Of a stretch of DNA of 35,577 nucleotides, positions 1 through 9,017 are shown in pieces (within the stretch, counting starts at the first letter, position 1; each line of letters starts with the position of its first letter). Below the pieces are notes generated by a model, which saw nothing but the letters and a program-made list of their open reading frames with translations, did not search any database and had not been told where the DNA came from. The DNA is from Halobacteriaceae archaeon (lineage in GTDB: Archaea; Halobacteriota; Halobacteria; Halobacteriales; Halobacteriaceae): positions 1-35,577 of the forward strand of contig JBDGTS010000039.1 in assembly GCA_042216675.1 (NCBI GenBank), written 5' to 3'. A program made the translations under genes and the position numbers.

Positions 1-26
1 CCTCTTTCCGCCGCTGAAAGCGGCGG

Positions 27-82
27 GGTAAAGCGCGTCCTTGGTAAGGACGAGACCGCGGGTTCAATTCCCGCCCTAGGCT
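27..82 (+). tRNA. 3' fragment of tRNA-Thr(GGT); 5' acceptor strand and 5' D-stem strand missing (possible att-site repeat)
   Basis: D-loop end GGTAAAGC (27-34); anticodon arm CGTCC-TTGGTAA-GGACG (36-52, GGT at 43-45); T-arm GCGGG-TTCAATT-CCCGC (58-74); 3' acceptor CCTAGGC-T (75-82). Positions 1-26 contain no strand complementary to CCTAGGC. Confidence 0.85.
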
Positions 83-139
83 CTTTCTCCGCAGGCACTC
101 GATGAAAGGGGTTTTCGGTGCGAAACCACTCTTTGAACC

Positions 140-607
140 GTGACGATTACCAACGGCGACTCCGTCGCACTGGAGTACACGGGCCGCCTCGACGACGGCA
201 CAGTTTTCGACACCACACGAGAAGCCGTCGCCGAGGAGGCAGGCCTCGCTGCCGCCCAACCGGACCGCGAGTACGCCCCCCTCACGGTCGACGTGGGCGC
301 AGGGGAGGTCATCGAGGGCATGGAGGACGGCCTCATCGGCCTCGAAGAGGGTGAGGAGACGACCATCGAAATCCCGCCCGAAGAGGGCTACGGCGAATGG
401 ACCGAAGAGCGCGTGCAGGAGTTCGAGACGGCCGAACTCCGCGAACTGCTCGGCGGCGAACTCGAGGAGGGCGCGTATCTCGAAGCCCAGAACGGCCAGC
501 GTGGCGAAATCGTTCACGTCGACGAGGAGACGGTCCGCGTGGACTTCAACCCCGAACTCGCGGGCGAGCACCTCGAGTTCGAGGTCGAAATCGTCGACGT
601 CAGCTAA
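140..607 (+). CDS. FKBP-type peptidyl-prolyl cis-trans isomerase (SlyD-like)
   Basis: YTGRLDDGTVFDT, VIEGMEDGL, IPPEEGYG and VDFNPELAG motifs; acidic 155 aa; GTG start. Confidence 0.93.
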   Translation: MTITNGDSVALEYTGRLDDGTVFDTTREAVAEEAGLAAAQPDREYAPLTVDVGAGEVIEGMEDGLIGLEEGEETTIEIPPEEGYGEWTEERVQEFETAELRELLGGELEEGAYLEAQNGQRGEIVHVDEETVRVDFNPELAGEHLEFEVEIVDVS

Positions 608-624
608 GCGGACTCGTTTCGAAA

Positions 625-645
625 TCGCGTCCGTGGTGGACGCGA
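625..645. terminator. Intergenic hairpin, possible 3'-end structure
   Basis: TCGCGTCC-GTGGT-GGACGCGA perfect 8-bp stem just downstream of the PPIase stop, flanked by short A/T runs. Confidence 0.4.
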
Positions 646-713
646 AAATGGCGGTGATGGCGGGCGTGCCAGCGACGGGTGGGTCGACGAGCGTTGCGTG
701 CGGTCGGTCGGCG

Positions 714-809
714 TTATCGTGCTGTCATCGGTGGTGGCGCAGGTCGGTCAGTCGTCGGTGCGAGCGCCGTCAGCGACGGTCTGTCGTGGTGCGTGTCATC
801 GTCGCGCAT
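714..809 (-). CDS. Possible 31-aa micro-ORF (MRDDDTHHDRPSLTALAPTTDRPAPPPMTAR), or part of a non-coding transcript
   Basis: ATG at 809, TAA at 714-716; TTATAT box on the minus strand at about 830-835. Confidence 0.25.
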   Translation of the reverse strand: MRDDDTHHDRPSLTALAPTTDRPAPPPMTAR

Positions 810-934
810 GGATGGACGCCGCTACGGAATATAAGTCTATCGTAGCACACGCATCCAGAAATTAGTCTGTATAAGGCCATTTTAGGGGAGCGTTCGGGAG
901 AAGATTAAGGCAGTCCGGCAGCCCACCGACACAC

Positions 935-1021
935 GTGACCGACCGCTCGTGGACGGCGTTCAGCCTGATACTCGCCCTGAAGGCGGCGATGACGGTCGTG
1001 GCCGTCGTCCTGATGCTTTAG
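935..1021 (+). CDS. 28-aa hydrophobic micropeptide (MTDRSWTAFSLILALKAAMTVVAVVLML)
   Basis: GTG at 935, TAG at 1019-1021; ATTAAG at 904-909, about 26 bp upstream, preceded by a purine-rich BRE-like stretch; single TM-like segment. Confidence 0.5.
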   Translation: MTDRSWTAFSLILALKAAMTVVAVVLML

Positions 1022-1881
1022 GCGAGGATGACGTCGAGGTACAACATCACGACGGCGCCAGCCATGGTGCCGAGCGTGGCGATTCGCTCGTTGCCCCGCG
1101 CGTGCGTCTCCGGCACGATTTCGTCGCTGATGACGAACAGCATCCCACCGGCCGCGAAGCCCATCGCGTACGGAAGGAGCGGGGAGGCGGAGGCGACGGC
1201 GAGAGCCCCCACGACGGCCACCGGAATCTCCACGGCGCCGGCGCGAATCCCCGCGACGGCGGCGTAGAACAGGCGCCCGAGGCCAGCGTTGATGGCGGCC
1301 ACCGAGACGGCCAACCCTTCCGGAACGTTCTGGAGGCCGATGGCCAGCATCAGTCCCAACGCGTTCCCGAGGTCCCCGGACCCGAACGCCACCCCGACGG
1401 CCAACCCCTCCGGAACGTTGTGGAGCGTGATGGCGACGATGAAGAGGAGCAGACCCGAGAGCCGGGACTCCTCGACGACGGTTTCGCCGGCCGGGCTGGC
1501 GTCCCCGCGCTGTCCCCCCGTGACGACGTAGTGGACGTGGGGGACCCACGCGTCGGCCCGGTCCAACAGCGCCACGCCGAGGACGAAGCCGACGAGGACG
1601 GGATAGATGCCGGTCAGCGAGACGCCGACGGGTGCGTAGGCGTCGTAGCCGACGGCCGACGCGAAGTCGATGCCGGGGAGGATGAGGCCCGTGAAACTCG
1701 CGGAGAGCATCACGCCGGCGGCGAAGCCGAGCGCCCCGTCCAGCGCTCGCACCGTCGGGTCGCGCCAGACGAGGACGAGCGCCGCCCCGAGCGTGTTGAA
1801 CAGGGCGATGACGACGCCCCCGACGAGCGCCTGTACGACGCGGTTCTCGCCCGCGAGGCGGACGAACTGCTCTTCGAGCAT
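1018..1881 (-). CDS. ZIP family (ZupT/GufA-like) divalent metal transporter
   Basis: GFAAGVML, ITLHNVPEGLAVG, QNVPEG and AAGGMLFVISDEIVPE motifs; start trimmed to ATG 1881 (MLEEQF). Confidence 0.92.
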   Translation of the reverse strand: MLEEQFVRLAGENRVVQALVGGVVIALFNTLGAALVLVWRDPTVRALDGALGFAAGVMLSASFTGLILPGIDFASAVGYDAYAPVGVSLTGIYPVLVGFVLGVALLDRADAWVPHVHYVVTGGQRGDASPAGETVVEESRLSGLLLFIVAITLHNVPEGLAVGVAFGSGDLGNALGLMLAIGLQNVPEGLAVSVAAINAGLGRLFYAAVAGIRAGAVEIPVAVVGALAVASASPLLPYAMGFAAGGMLFVISDEIVPETHARGNERIATLGTMAGAVVMLYLDVILA

Positions 1882-1962
1882 CAGTCTCCGGCGACGGGCA
1901 GTCGCATGTCGGCAGTCTCCGTGCGTCCCCGGATAGCGGTTTCGGTGGCGGCGACACGAGGA

Positions 1963-1969
1963 ATATAAC
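1963..1969 (+). promoter_or_regulatory. TATA box of mutS
   Basis: ATATAAC about 26 bp upstream of ATG 1994 in otherwise GC-rich DNA. Confidence 0.55.
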
Positions 1970-1993
1970 CGCTCGTGGTCCCGTGGGGGAGAC

Positions 1994-4567
1994 ATGAGCG
2001 CGGACGCGACTCCCGACGGAGTCCCCGACCACGACGCCGCCGTCGGGCCGCCGGCCAAGATGGTCGAACGGCGCGACGACCTGACGCCGATGATGGCGCA
2101 GTACCACGATTTGTGTGCGCGCTACGACGACTCGCTGGTGCTGTTTCAGGTCGGGGACTTCTACGAGGCGTTCTGCGAGGCCGCGGCGGTGACGGCCCGA
2201 CTGCTGGACGTGACGCTCACCCAGCGCGAGGACTCCACGGGCGAGTACGCGATGGCGGGCATCCCCATCGACAGCGCCGAGTCCTACGTCGAGGACCTGC
2301 TGGCGGCGGGCTACCGGGTCGCAATCGCCGACCAAGTGCAGGACCCCGACGAGGCGACGGGCGTCGTCGACAGGGCGGTGACCCGCATTCTCACGCCCGG
2401 CACCCTCACCGAGGACGAACTGCTCGACACCGACGACAACAACTACGTCGCCAGTTACGCCGGCGACGGCGCACTCGCCTTTCTCGACGTGTCGACGGGC
2501 GACTTCCTCGTGACGAGCGTCCCGGCCCCCGGCGCCGTCGCGGACGAAGTGCAACGCTTCGCCCCCGCAGAGGCCATCGTCGCGCCCGAGGCGACGGCCG
2601 AACCGTTCCCAGAGGACTGCATGGTGACGGGCTACGACCCCGAGGCGTTCGACCACGAGGTGGCCCGCGAGCGGGTGGCCTCACACGTCCCCGCGCCCGA
2701 CGCCGTCCTCGAAAGCCGAGCGGAGACCCGGGCCGTCGGCGCCCTGTTGGCCTACGCGGAGTACGTCCGCGGCGGCGAGGACGGCCGTCTGGACTATCTG
2801 GACCGCCTCACGCGCTACGACCCCGGCGAGTACATGCACCTCGACGGCGTGGCCCTCCGGAGCCTCGAACTGTTCGAGCGCCGGGCCGTCGGCGGCGGCG
2901 AGGAGGGAACCCTCGTCGGCGTCGTGGACGAGACGGCGTCGGCGCTCGGCAGTCGCAAACTCAAGGATTGGCTCCGCCGACCGCTCCTCGACGAAGCGCG
3001 CATCGACGCGCGCCTCGACGCCGTCGAGGAACTCACGGGCGCGGTGCAGGCCCGCGAGGACCTCCACGCCCTCCTCGCCGACGTGTACGACGTGGAGCGA
3101 CTCATCACCCGCGTCTCGCGGGGCCGAGCGAACGCCCGCGACTTGCTGGCGCTGAAGAACACCCTCGACGTGGTGCCGGAGGTGAAGGCGGCCCTCGCCG
3201 GGGCCGAGAGCGACCGCCTCACGTCGATTCGGGACGGCCTCGACGAGATGAGCGACGTGCGCGACCTCGTCGGCGACGCCATCGCGACCGACCCGCCGGC
3301 CGAAATCACGGAGGGCGGCGTCATCGCCGACGGGTTCGACGAGGACCTCGATTCGCTCCGGCAGACCGAACGCGACGGCCGGGAGTGGGTCGACTCGCTG
3401 GAGGCCGAGGAGCGCGAGCGCACGGGCATCGACTCGCTCAAGGTGGGCTTCAACTCCGTCCACGGCTACTACATCGAGGTCACGAAGCCCAACGTGGACC
3501 GGGTGCCCGACGACTACACCCGCCGGCAGACGCTGAAGAACGCCGAGCGCTACTACACGCCGGAACTCAAGGAGCGGGAGGACGAGATTCTGCGCGCCGA
3601 ACAGCGCGCGGACGCCCGCGAACACGAACTGTTCCGCGAGGTGCGGGCCGACGTCGCCGCCGAGGCCGACCGGGTGCAGGCCCTCGCGGCGAAACTGGCC
3701 CAACTCGACGTGCTGGTCGCCCTCGCGGAAGTCGCCGTCGCGAACGACTACTGCCGGCCCTCGGTGGGCGGCGACGGCATCCACGTCGAGGGCGGACGCC
3801 ATCCCGTCGTCGAACACGTCGAGGAGTCGTTCGTCCCGAACGACACCCGTCTCGGGGACGACCGCGTCGCAGTCATCACCGGCCCCAACATGTCCGGAAA
3901 GTCGACGTACATGCGGCAGGTGGCCCTCATCTGTCTGCTCGCCCAGATGGGCAGTTTCGTGCCCGCGCGGGCCGCTGACCTCCGCATCGTGGACCGCATC
4001 TACACGCGCGTGGGCGCGAGCGACGACATCGCTGGCGGCCGCTCGACGTTCATGGTCGAGATGACCGAACTCACCGACATCCTCCACACCGCGACCGAAG
4101 ACTCGCTGGTCCTCTTGGACGAGGTGGGCCGGGGTACCGCCACCGTGGACGGCCTCGCCATCGCCCGCGCCGTCACGGAGTATCTCCACGACGAAGTGGG
4201 CGCGACGACGCTCTTTGCCACGCACCACCACGAACTCACGGCCGTCGCCGACCGCCTGCCGGCGGCGACGAACCGCCACTTCGACGCGGACCGCTCGGGC
4301 GAGCGCATCGCCTTCGACCACGAGATTCGGCCGGGCGCCACGGACTCCTCTTACGGCGTCGACGTGGCCGAGGCGGCGGGCGTCCCCGACCCGGTGGTGG
4401 CCCGGGCGCGCGAACTGCTCGACGGGTCGCCGGAACGCGAGAACGGCCACGACCCCGAGGCCGCCGTCGAGAGCGAGGCGCTGACGGAGGTTCGGGAGAC
4501 GACGATCGCGGAGACGACGCCGCTCGAGGCCCTCGAACTGCTGAGTCGCCTCAAGCGGGACCTGTAG
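1994..4567 (+). CDS. mutS: DNA mismatch repair protein MutS (MutS1)
   Basis: [15 protein letters not shown] (Phe-X-Glu), Walker [42 protein letters not shown]. Confidence 0.97.
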   Translation: MSADATPDGVPDHDAAVGPPAKMVERRDDLTPMMAQYHDLCARYDDSLVLFQVGDFYEAFCEAAAVTARLLDVTLTQREDSTGEYAMAGIPIDSAESYVEDLLAAGYRVAIADQVQDPDEATGVVDRAVTRILTPGTLTEDELLDTDDNNYVASYAGDGALAFLDVSTGDFLVTSVPAPGAVADEVQRFAPAEAIVAPEATAEPFPEDCMVTGYDPEAFDHEVARERVASHVPAPDAVLESRAETRAVGALLAYAEYVRGGEDGRLDYLDRLTRYDPGEYMHLDGVALRSLELFERRAVGGGEEGTLVGVVDETASALGSRKLKDWLRRPLLDEARIDARLDAVEELTGAVQAREDLHALLADVYDVERLITRVSRGRANARDLLALKNTLDVVPEVKAALAGAESDRLTSIRDGLDEMSDVRDLVGDAIATDPPAEITEGGVIADGFDEDLDSLRQTERDGREWVDSLEAEERERTGIDSLKVGFNSVHGYYIEVTKPNVDRVPDDYTRRQTLKNAERYYTPELKEREDEILRAEQRADAREHELFREVRADVAAEADRVQALAAKLAQLDVLVALAEVAVANDYCRPSVGGDGIHVEGGRHPVVEHVEESFVPNDTRLGDDRVAVITGPNMSGKSTYMRQVALICLLAQMGSFVPARAADLRIVDRIYTRVGASDDIAGGRSTFMVEMTELTDILHTATEDSLVLLDEVGRGTATVDGLAIARAVTEYLHDEVGATTLFATHHHELTAVADRLPAATNRHFDADRSGERIAFDHEIRPGATDSSYGVDVAEAAGVPDPVVARARELLDGSPERENGHDPEAAVESEALTEVRETTIAETTPLEALELLSRLKRDL

Positions 4568-4610
4568 GCCCACAAGTCCTTAGCCGCGCCCGGCCAATCG
4601 TCACGAACAG

Positions 4611-5477
4611 ATGTACGACGACATTCTGCTCCCCGTCGACGGAAGCGAAGGGTCGGCCCGCGTTCGGGACCACGTCGCCGACATCGCACACTGGGCTGAC
4701 GCGTCGGTGACGGTGCTGTACGTGGCCGACTCCACCCGCGACAGCGTCACCGTCGTCGAAGGGAAGACGGTAGACGCTCTCGAATCGAAGGGCGAAGACG
4801 TCGTCGCGGAGGCCACGAACGCCCTCGCCGGCCAGGGCGTCGACGCCGAGGGCGACGTGGTGCAGGGCAATCCCGCACCGACCATCGCCGACTACGCCGA
4901 CGAGTACGGCCACGACCTCGTGGTGATGGCGACGCACGGACGGGCGGGGCTGTCGCGCTTCCTGCGGGGGAGCGTCACGGAGAAAGTCGTCCGCCTCGCG
5001 TCGATGCCGGTACTGACGGCGCGACTCGCGGCGGACGAGACGCTCCAGTTCCCGTACGAGACGCTCCTGCTCCCGACGGACGGGAGCGAGACGGCCGAAC
5101 GCGCCGCGCGCCACGGCCTCGACGTGGCCGCCGCCCTCGACGCGACGGCCCATCTCCTCTCGGTGGTGGACGACGGCGCTCTCGGCCCGGACGTCCGCTC
5201 GACCGTCGCGGCCGCGGAGTCCGAGGAAGCCGCAGAGACGGCCGTCGGGGTCCTCGCCGACGAGGCGGCCGAACGGGGCGTCGAGACCGTCGAACACGTC
5301 GCCCACGGCGACCCCGGCGAGGAGATTCGGGCGCACGTCGAGAGCGCCGGCACCGACGCGGTGGTGATGGGGACGACGGGCCGGAGCGGCGTGGAGAAGA
5401 TTCTGCTCGGGAGCGTCGCGGAGGCGGCGCTTCGGACCGTCCGGGTGCCCGTCGTCACCCTCGGCGAAGGCGCCTGA
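4611..5477 (+). CDS. Universal stress protein with two UspA domains
   Basis: Two repeats: ILLPVDGS...VMATHGR...GSVTEKV and LLLPTDGS...VMGTTGR...LGSVAE. Confidence 0.93.
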   Translation: MYDDILLPVDGSEGSARVRDHVADIAHWADASVTVLYVADSTRDSVTVVEGKTVDALESKGEDVVAEATNALAGQGVDAEGDVVQGNPAPTIADYADEYGHDLVVMATHGRAGLSRFLRGSVTEKVVRLASMPVLTARLAADETLQFPYETLLLPTDGSETAERAARHGLDVAAALDATAHLLSVVDDGALGPDVRSTVAAAESEEAAETAVGVLADEAAERGVETVEHVAHGDPGEEIRAHVESAGTDAVVMGTTGRSGVEKILLGSVAEAALRTVRVPVVTLGEGA

Positions 5478-6230
5478 TCAGTCCGGCGTCGGCGCGTCGA
5501 GTTCCTCGTCGGGGGCGACGGAGACGAAGGCGAGGCCGTGTTCGTCGAGGAGGCGGGCCGCGCGGTCCGTCACCGAGGGCGCGACGAGAATGCCGCGCAC
5601 CGACGCGTCGGCGTGCAGGTCCCTGTCGAGTGCGGTCACGTACCGGTCGAGTTGACCGACGGCGTCGGGGCCGACCCGCCGCCGCTTCAACTCCACGACG
5701 ACGGGGTTGCCGTCGGCGTCCTCGCCGTAGATGTCGACGGCGCCGGCGGGGGTCTCACGCTCCGTCGCAAGCGGCTTGAAGCCGTCCTCGATGCGCTCGG
5801 GGGCCGCCAGCAGTCGCTCCTTGAGGTCGGCCTCGCTCCCGACGAGTTCGAGGTCTCGCTCGTCGGCCATCGCCAACGCGGACACCTGATGGACCGCCTC
5901 GAAGCGGACGACGATGCGCTCGTCGGGGGATTCGCGGACGCTGGTGACGACCAGCGATCCGTCCGCGACGGCGACGTCGTGGTCCGAGCCGGGCGGTTGC
6001 CAGTTCACCGGCGTGCGTTGCTCCTCGGTGTGGACCAGCAGGGTGCCGTCGGGTTTGAGGACGACGAGGCGGTCACCGGGACCGAGGTAGGAGGACGCGC
6101 GGCCGTCGTACTCGACCTCACAGCGGCCGAAGACGGTCACGACGGCGTCGCTCTCCTTGCCGGCGGCGGCCACTTCGCGGGCCGTCTCGGGGGACGGGTC
6201 ACTGCGTGCCCTGACGCGGTCGGCTGTCAC
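5478..6230 (-). CDS. nucS: Mismatch-specific endonuclease NucS/EndoMS
   Basis: CEVEYDGRASSYL, KPDGTLLVH, PVNWQPPG, then RecB-like VDI...VVVELKRRR...QLDRY; start trimmed to GTG 6230. Confidence 0.95.
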   Translation of the reverse strand: MTADRVRARSDPSPETAREVAAAGKESDAVVTVFGRCEVEYDGRASSYLGPGDRLVVLKPDGTLLVHTEEQRTPVNWQPPGSDHDVAVADGSLVVTSVRESPDERIVVRFEAVHQVSALAMADERDLELVGSEADLKERLLAAPERIEDGFKPLATERETPAGAVDIYGEDADGNPVVVELKRRRVGPDAVGQLDRYVTALDRDLHADASVRGILVAPSVTDRAARLLDEHGLAFVSVAPDEELDAPTPD

Positions 6231-6274
6231 GGGACGGCGTAGGGGCCACGCGGTGAAAAGCGCCGCGAGTCGGG

Positions 6275-7426
6275 TCAGCGGTCCGCGAGGAACGCCTCGA
6301 TACGGTCCATCGACTCGCGGAGTTCCGGCATCCCCGTCGCGTAGGAGACGCGGAGATGCCCCTCGCCGCTGTCGCCGAAGACGCGGCCCGGCACGACGGC
6401 GACGCCCTGTTCCTCGATGAGGTCCTCGGCGAACGCCTCGTCGTCGTCCCCGGGAATCTCCGGAAAGACGTAGAAGGCGCCGCGGGCGGTGAAGCAGTCC
6501 AGCCCCATCTCCTCGAAGCGCGAGAGGACGAAGCGACGGCGCCGGTCGTACTGGGCCGCCATCTCCGCCACCTCGTCGTCGCAGGACTCCAAGGCCTCGA
6601 TGGCGGCGTACTGGGCAGTGGTGGGCGCCGAGAGCATCGTGTACTGGTGCATCCGGTTCATCGCGTCGATGACCTCGGATGGACCCATCACGTAGCCGAG
6701 TCGGAGCCCCGTCATCGCGTACGCCTTCGAGAAGCCGTTGAACACGAGCGTCCGGTCGCGCATCCCCGGCAGGGTGGCGATGGAGCGGTGGTCGCCGTCG
6801 TAGGTGAGGGCCGCGTACACCTCGTCGGCCAACACCGTCAGGTCGTGTTCGCGGGCGAAGTCGGCGACGCCGCGCAAGTCGTCGTCGGAGAGGACAGCGC
6901 CGGTGGGGTTGTTCGGGTAGCAGTAGACGAGGACGTCGGCCTCGTCGGCACCGGCCCTGTCGAGGGCGCCGTAGGTGAGCGTGAAGTCCTCTTCCTTCCG
7001 GGTGGGCACCGACAGCACCTCGCCGCCGGCGAGGCGGGCCGTCGGCGGGTACGAGAGGTAGGCCGGTTCCGCGACGGCGACGGTGTCGCCGGGGTCGACG
7101 AGGGCGCGCATCGCCAAGTCGACGGCCTCGCTGACGCCCGTGGTGACGAGAATCTCGTCGTCGGCGTCGTAGTCGAGGTCGTAGCGCTCGACGTGGGCGC
7201 TGATGCGCTCGCGGAGTTCGCGCCGGCCGCGATTGGCGGTGTAGGAGGTGCGCCCTCGCTCCAGCGAGTCGATGGCGGCCTGTCGGGCGGCCCACGGGGC
7301 GCTGAAGTCCGGTTCGCCGACGCCCAGCGAGATGATGTCGTCTCGCTCCTCGGCGAGTTCGAAGTAGCGCCGGATGCCCGAGGGCGGCGTCTCGCGGGCG
7401 CGGTCGGAGATGTTCACGGTCGCCAC
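6275..7426 (-). CDS. PLP-dependent aminotransferase class I/II (aspartate aminotransferase-like)
   Basis: LGVGEPDF, YPNNPTG, DEVY, FSKAYAMTGLRLG (PLP lysine). Confidence 0.95.
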   Translation of the reverse strand: MATVNISDRARETPPSGIRRYFELAEERDDIISLGVGEPDFSAPWAARQAAIDSLERGRTSYTANRGRRELRERISAHVERYDLDYDADDEILVTTGVSEAVDLAMRALVDPGDTVAVAEPAYLSYPPTARLAGGEVLSVPTRKEEDFTLTYGALDRAGADEADVLVYCYPNNPTGAVLSDDDLRGVADFAREHDLTVLADEVYAALTYDGDHRSIATLPGMRDRTLVFNGFSKAYAMTGLRLGYVMGPSEVIDAMNRMHQYTMLSAPTTAQYAAIEALESCDDEVAEMAAQYDRRRRFVLSRFEEMGLDCFTARGAFYVFPEIPGDDDEAFAEDLIEEQGVAVVPGRVFGDSGEGHLRVSYATGMPELRESMDRIEAFLADR

Positions 7427-7433
7427 CCCCGAC

Positions 7434-7922
7434 TCATGGCGACACCGAGAGTCGGTCGTCGTCGTCGTAGTCCTCGAACTCGATGCCGCTGTCCTTGTAC
7501 GTCTCCATGACGAAGTGGGTCACCGTCTGGGTCACCTCGGGGATGGGCGCAATCTGCTCGGAGACGAACTTCGACACCTCCTGCATCGAGGGGCCCTGCA
7601 CGTCGACGGCGAAGTCGTAGTTGCCGGAGACGAGTTTCAGCGAGTCCACCTGCGAGTAGCGGGCGATGCGCCGCGCGATGTCGTCGTAACTCGTCTCGCG
7701 GTCGAGTTCGACGTTGAGTTCGACTTCGGCGCGGACGTACTCCTCGTCGACGTTGTTCCAGTCCACGACGGGCTTGTAGCCCCGGATGGCGCCGGAGGCC
7801 TCTAACTCCTCGATGGCGGCCTCGACGGCCTCCGCGTCGAGGTCAGTCTGCCGGGCGATGTCCTCGACGTCGTACCGGGCGTTCTCGCGGAGGACATCGA
7901 GAACGGCGCGGCTGGCACTCAT
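7434..7922 (-). CDS. Lrp/AsnC family transcriptional regulator
   Basis: N-terminal HTH (LRENAR...IARQ...GAIRGY) and RAM domain (VSGNYDF...QTVTHFVM); ATG 7922; 7 bp upstream of the aminotransferase. Confidence 0.92.
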   Translation of the reverse strand: MSASRAVLDVLRENARYDVEDIARQTDLDAEAVEAAIEELEASGAIRGYKPVVDWNNVDEEYVRAEVELNVELDRETSYDDIARRIARYSQVDSLKLVSGNYDFAVDVQGPSMQEVSKFVSEQIAPIPEVTQTVTHFVMETYKDSGIEFEDYDDDDRLSVSP

Positions 7923-8002
7923 ACCGCCCCGTCCGAGAGGGAGCGCCAAAAGCGTTCGGCTCCCGCCCCGGACTTTTGGTGGTGGCCGTCGTCGGGGCCA
8001 CC

Positions 8003-8743
8003 ATGGACGAGCAACCACTGGCCGACGCGGGGGCCATCGTGACGGGCGCGAGTTCGGGCATCGGCGCGGCGACGGCGAAGCGACTCGCCGACGACGGGGC
8101 GAGCGTCGTCGTGGCGGCGAGACGCGAGGAGCGACTCGCGGCCCTCGTGGACGACATCGAGGACGCCGGCGGGACGGCCGCGGCAGTCCCGACGGACGTG
8201 ACGGACGAGGACGCCGTGGCGGCCCTCGTGGAGGCGACGGCCAACCGCTTCGGGAGCGTCGACGTGGTGGTGAGCAACGCCGGCCTCGCCATCGACGGCG
8301 CCGTCGAGGAGATGGCGACGAGCGACTACCGGACGATGATGGACGTGAACGTGGACGGCACCTTCTACCTCGCGCGGGCGGCGATTCCCCATCTCCGGAC
8401 GTCCGCGGGCGCGTTCGTCGTCGTCGGCAGTTTCGCCGGCCAGTACCCGCGCCCGTACAATCCCGTCTATGCGGCGACGAAGTGGTGGGTCCGGGGCTTC
8501 GCACATTCGCTGGCGGGGGGCGTCGGCGACGACGACGTAGCCGTCTCCGTCGTCAACCCCTCGGAGGTGCGCACGGAGTTCGGCGAGGAGAGCGACGAGG
8601 CCTTCGAGGAGCGCTTCGAACCGGGTGAAGTGACCGAACCCGGCGAAGTTGCCGACGCCATCGTCTTCGCCGCCGAACAGTCCCCGCCGACGGCGGTCAG
8701 CGAACTCGACCTGTTCAGGCGCGATAAGTTCTCGGAGTTCTGA
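8003..8743 (+). CDS. SDR family NAD(P)-dependent oxidoreductase
   Basis: TGASSGIG, SNAG and catalytic YAATK; ATG 8003. Confidence 0.93.
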   Translation: MDEQPLADAGAIVTGASSGIGAATAKRLADDGASVVVAARREERLAALVDDIEDAGGTAAAVPTDVTDEDAVAALVEATANRFGSVDVVVSNAGLAIDGAVEEMATSDYRTMMDVNVDGTFYLARAAIPHLRTSAGAFVVVGSFAGQYPRPYNPVYAATKWWVRGFAHSLAGGVGDDDVAVSVVNPSEVRTEFGEESDEAFEERFEPGEVTEPGEVADAIVFAAEQSPPTAVSELDLFRRDKFSEF

Positions 8744-8830
8744 AAACGCCGGTCGGAGGTCCGACCGGCAGGGGAGGATGGGTGGGGAGTTCCGGGCGCG
8801 TGGGGAGGATGGGTGCGACGCGCCCACCCG
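8743..8830 (-). ncRNA. Candidate small RNA with two CACCCAUCCUCCCC motifs and a terminal hairpin plus U-tract
   Basis: Minus-strand TTTAAG at 8850-8855; 8-bp stem 8794-8801/8818-8825; 14-nt repeat at 8771-8784 and 8802-8815; perfect 10-bp stem 8748-8769 followed closely by TTTT (8743-8746). Confidence 0.55.
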
Positions 8831-8918
8831 AACGTGACGACGGCGGCGACTTAAATTTGTGTCAGACGGCGAGCAGACGGACCGCCAGTCCCTTTGGCAC
8901 CGGCCGGCTACCACCGGC

Positions 8919-9017
8919 ATGGAGAGTTGGGCCGACCTGTTCGACCGTGGAGACGACTACGACGTGACCGTGGCCGCCGTGCGAGACGCACTCGCCGCCC
9001 GCCGGGGCGATGACTGA
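8919..9017 (+). CDS. 32-aa acidic small protein (MESWADLFDRGDDYDVTVAAVRDALAARRGDD)
   Basis: ATG 8919, TGA 9015-9017; haloarchaeal-type codon usage (GAC, GCC, GTG); overlaps the next start through ATGACTGA. Confidence 0.7.
   Translation: MESWADLFDRGDDYDVTVAAVRDALAARRGDD

Noticed and set aside
905-4573. Long shadow ORFs (for example 905-2656, 1975-3978, 2681-4573, and similar ones such as 17650-19899 and 30262-32169)
   Set aside because: They are Arg/Pro/Gly-rich or antisense mirror frames of real genes, expected from stop-codon scarcity in high-GC DNA, and have no domain motifs.
5478-7295. 605-aa NucS with a long N-terminal extension, and similar extensions on Lrp, thiolase, the MBL and the GT-C protein
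   Set aside because: The extensions are off-frame reads through neighbouring genes. The true starts are internal (6230, 7922, 23172, 33093, 21943).
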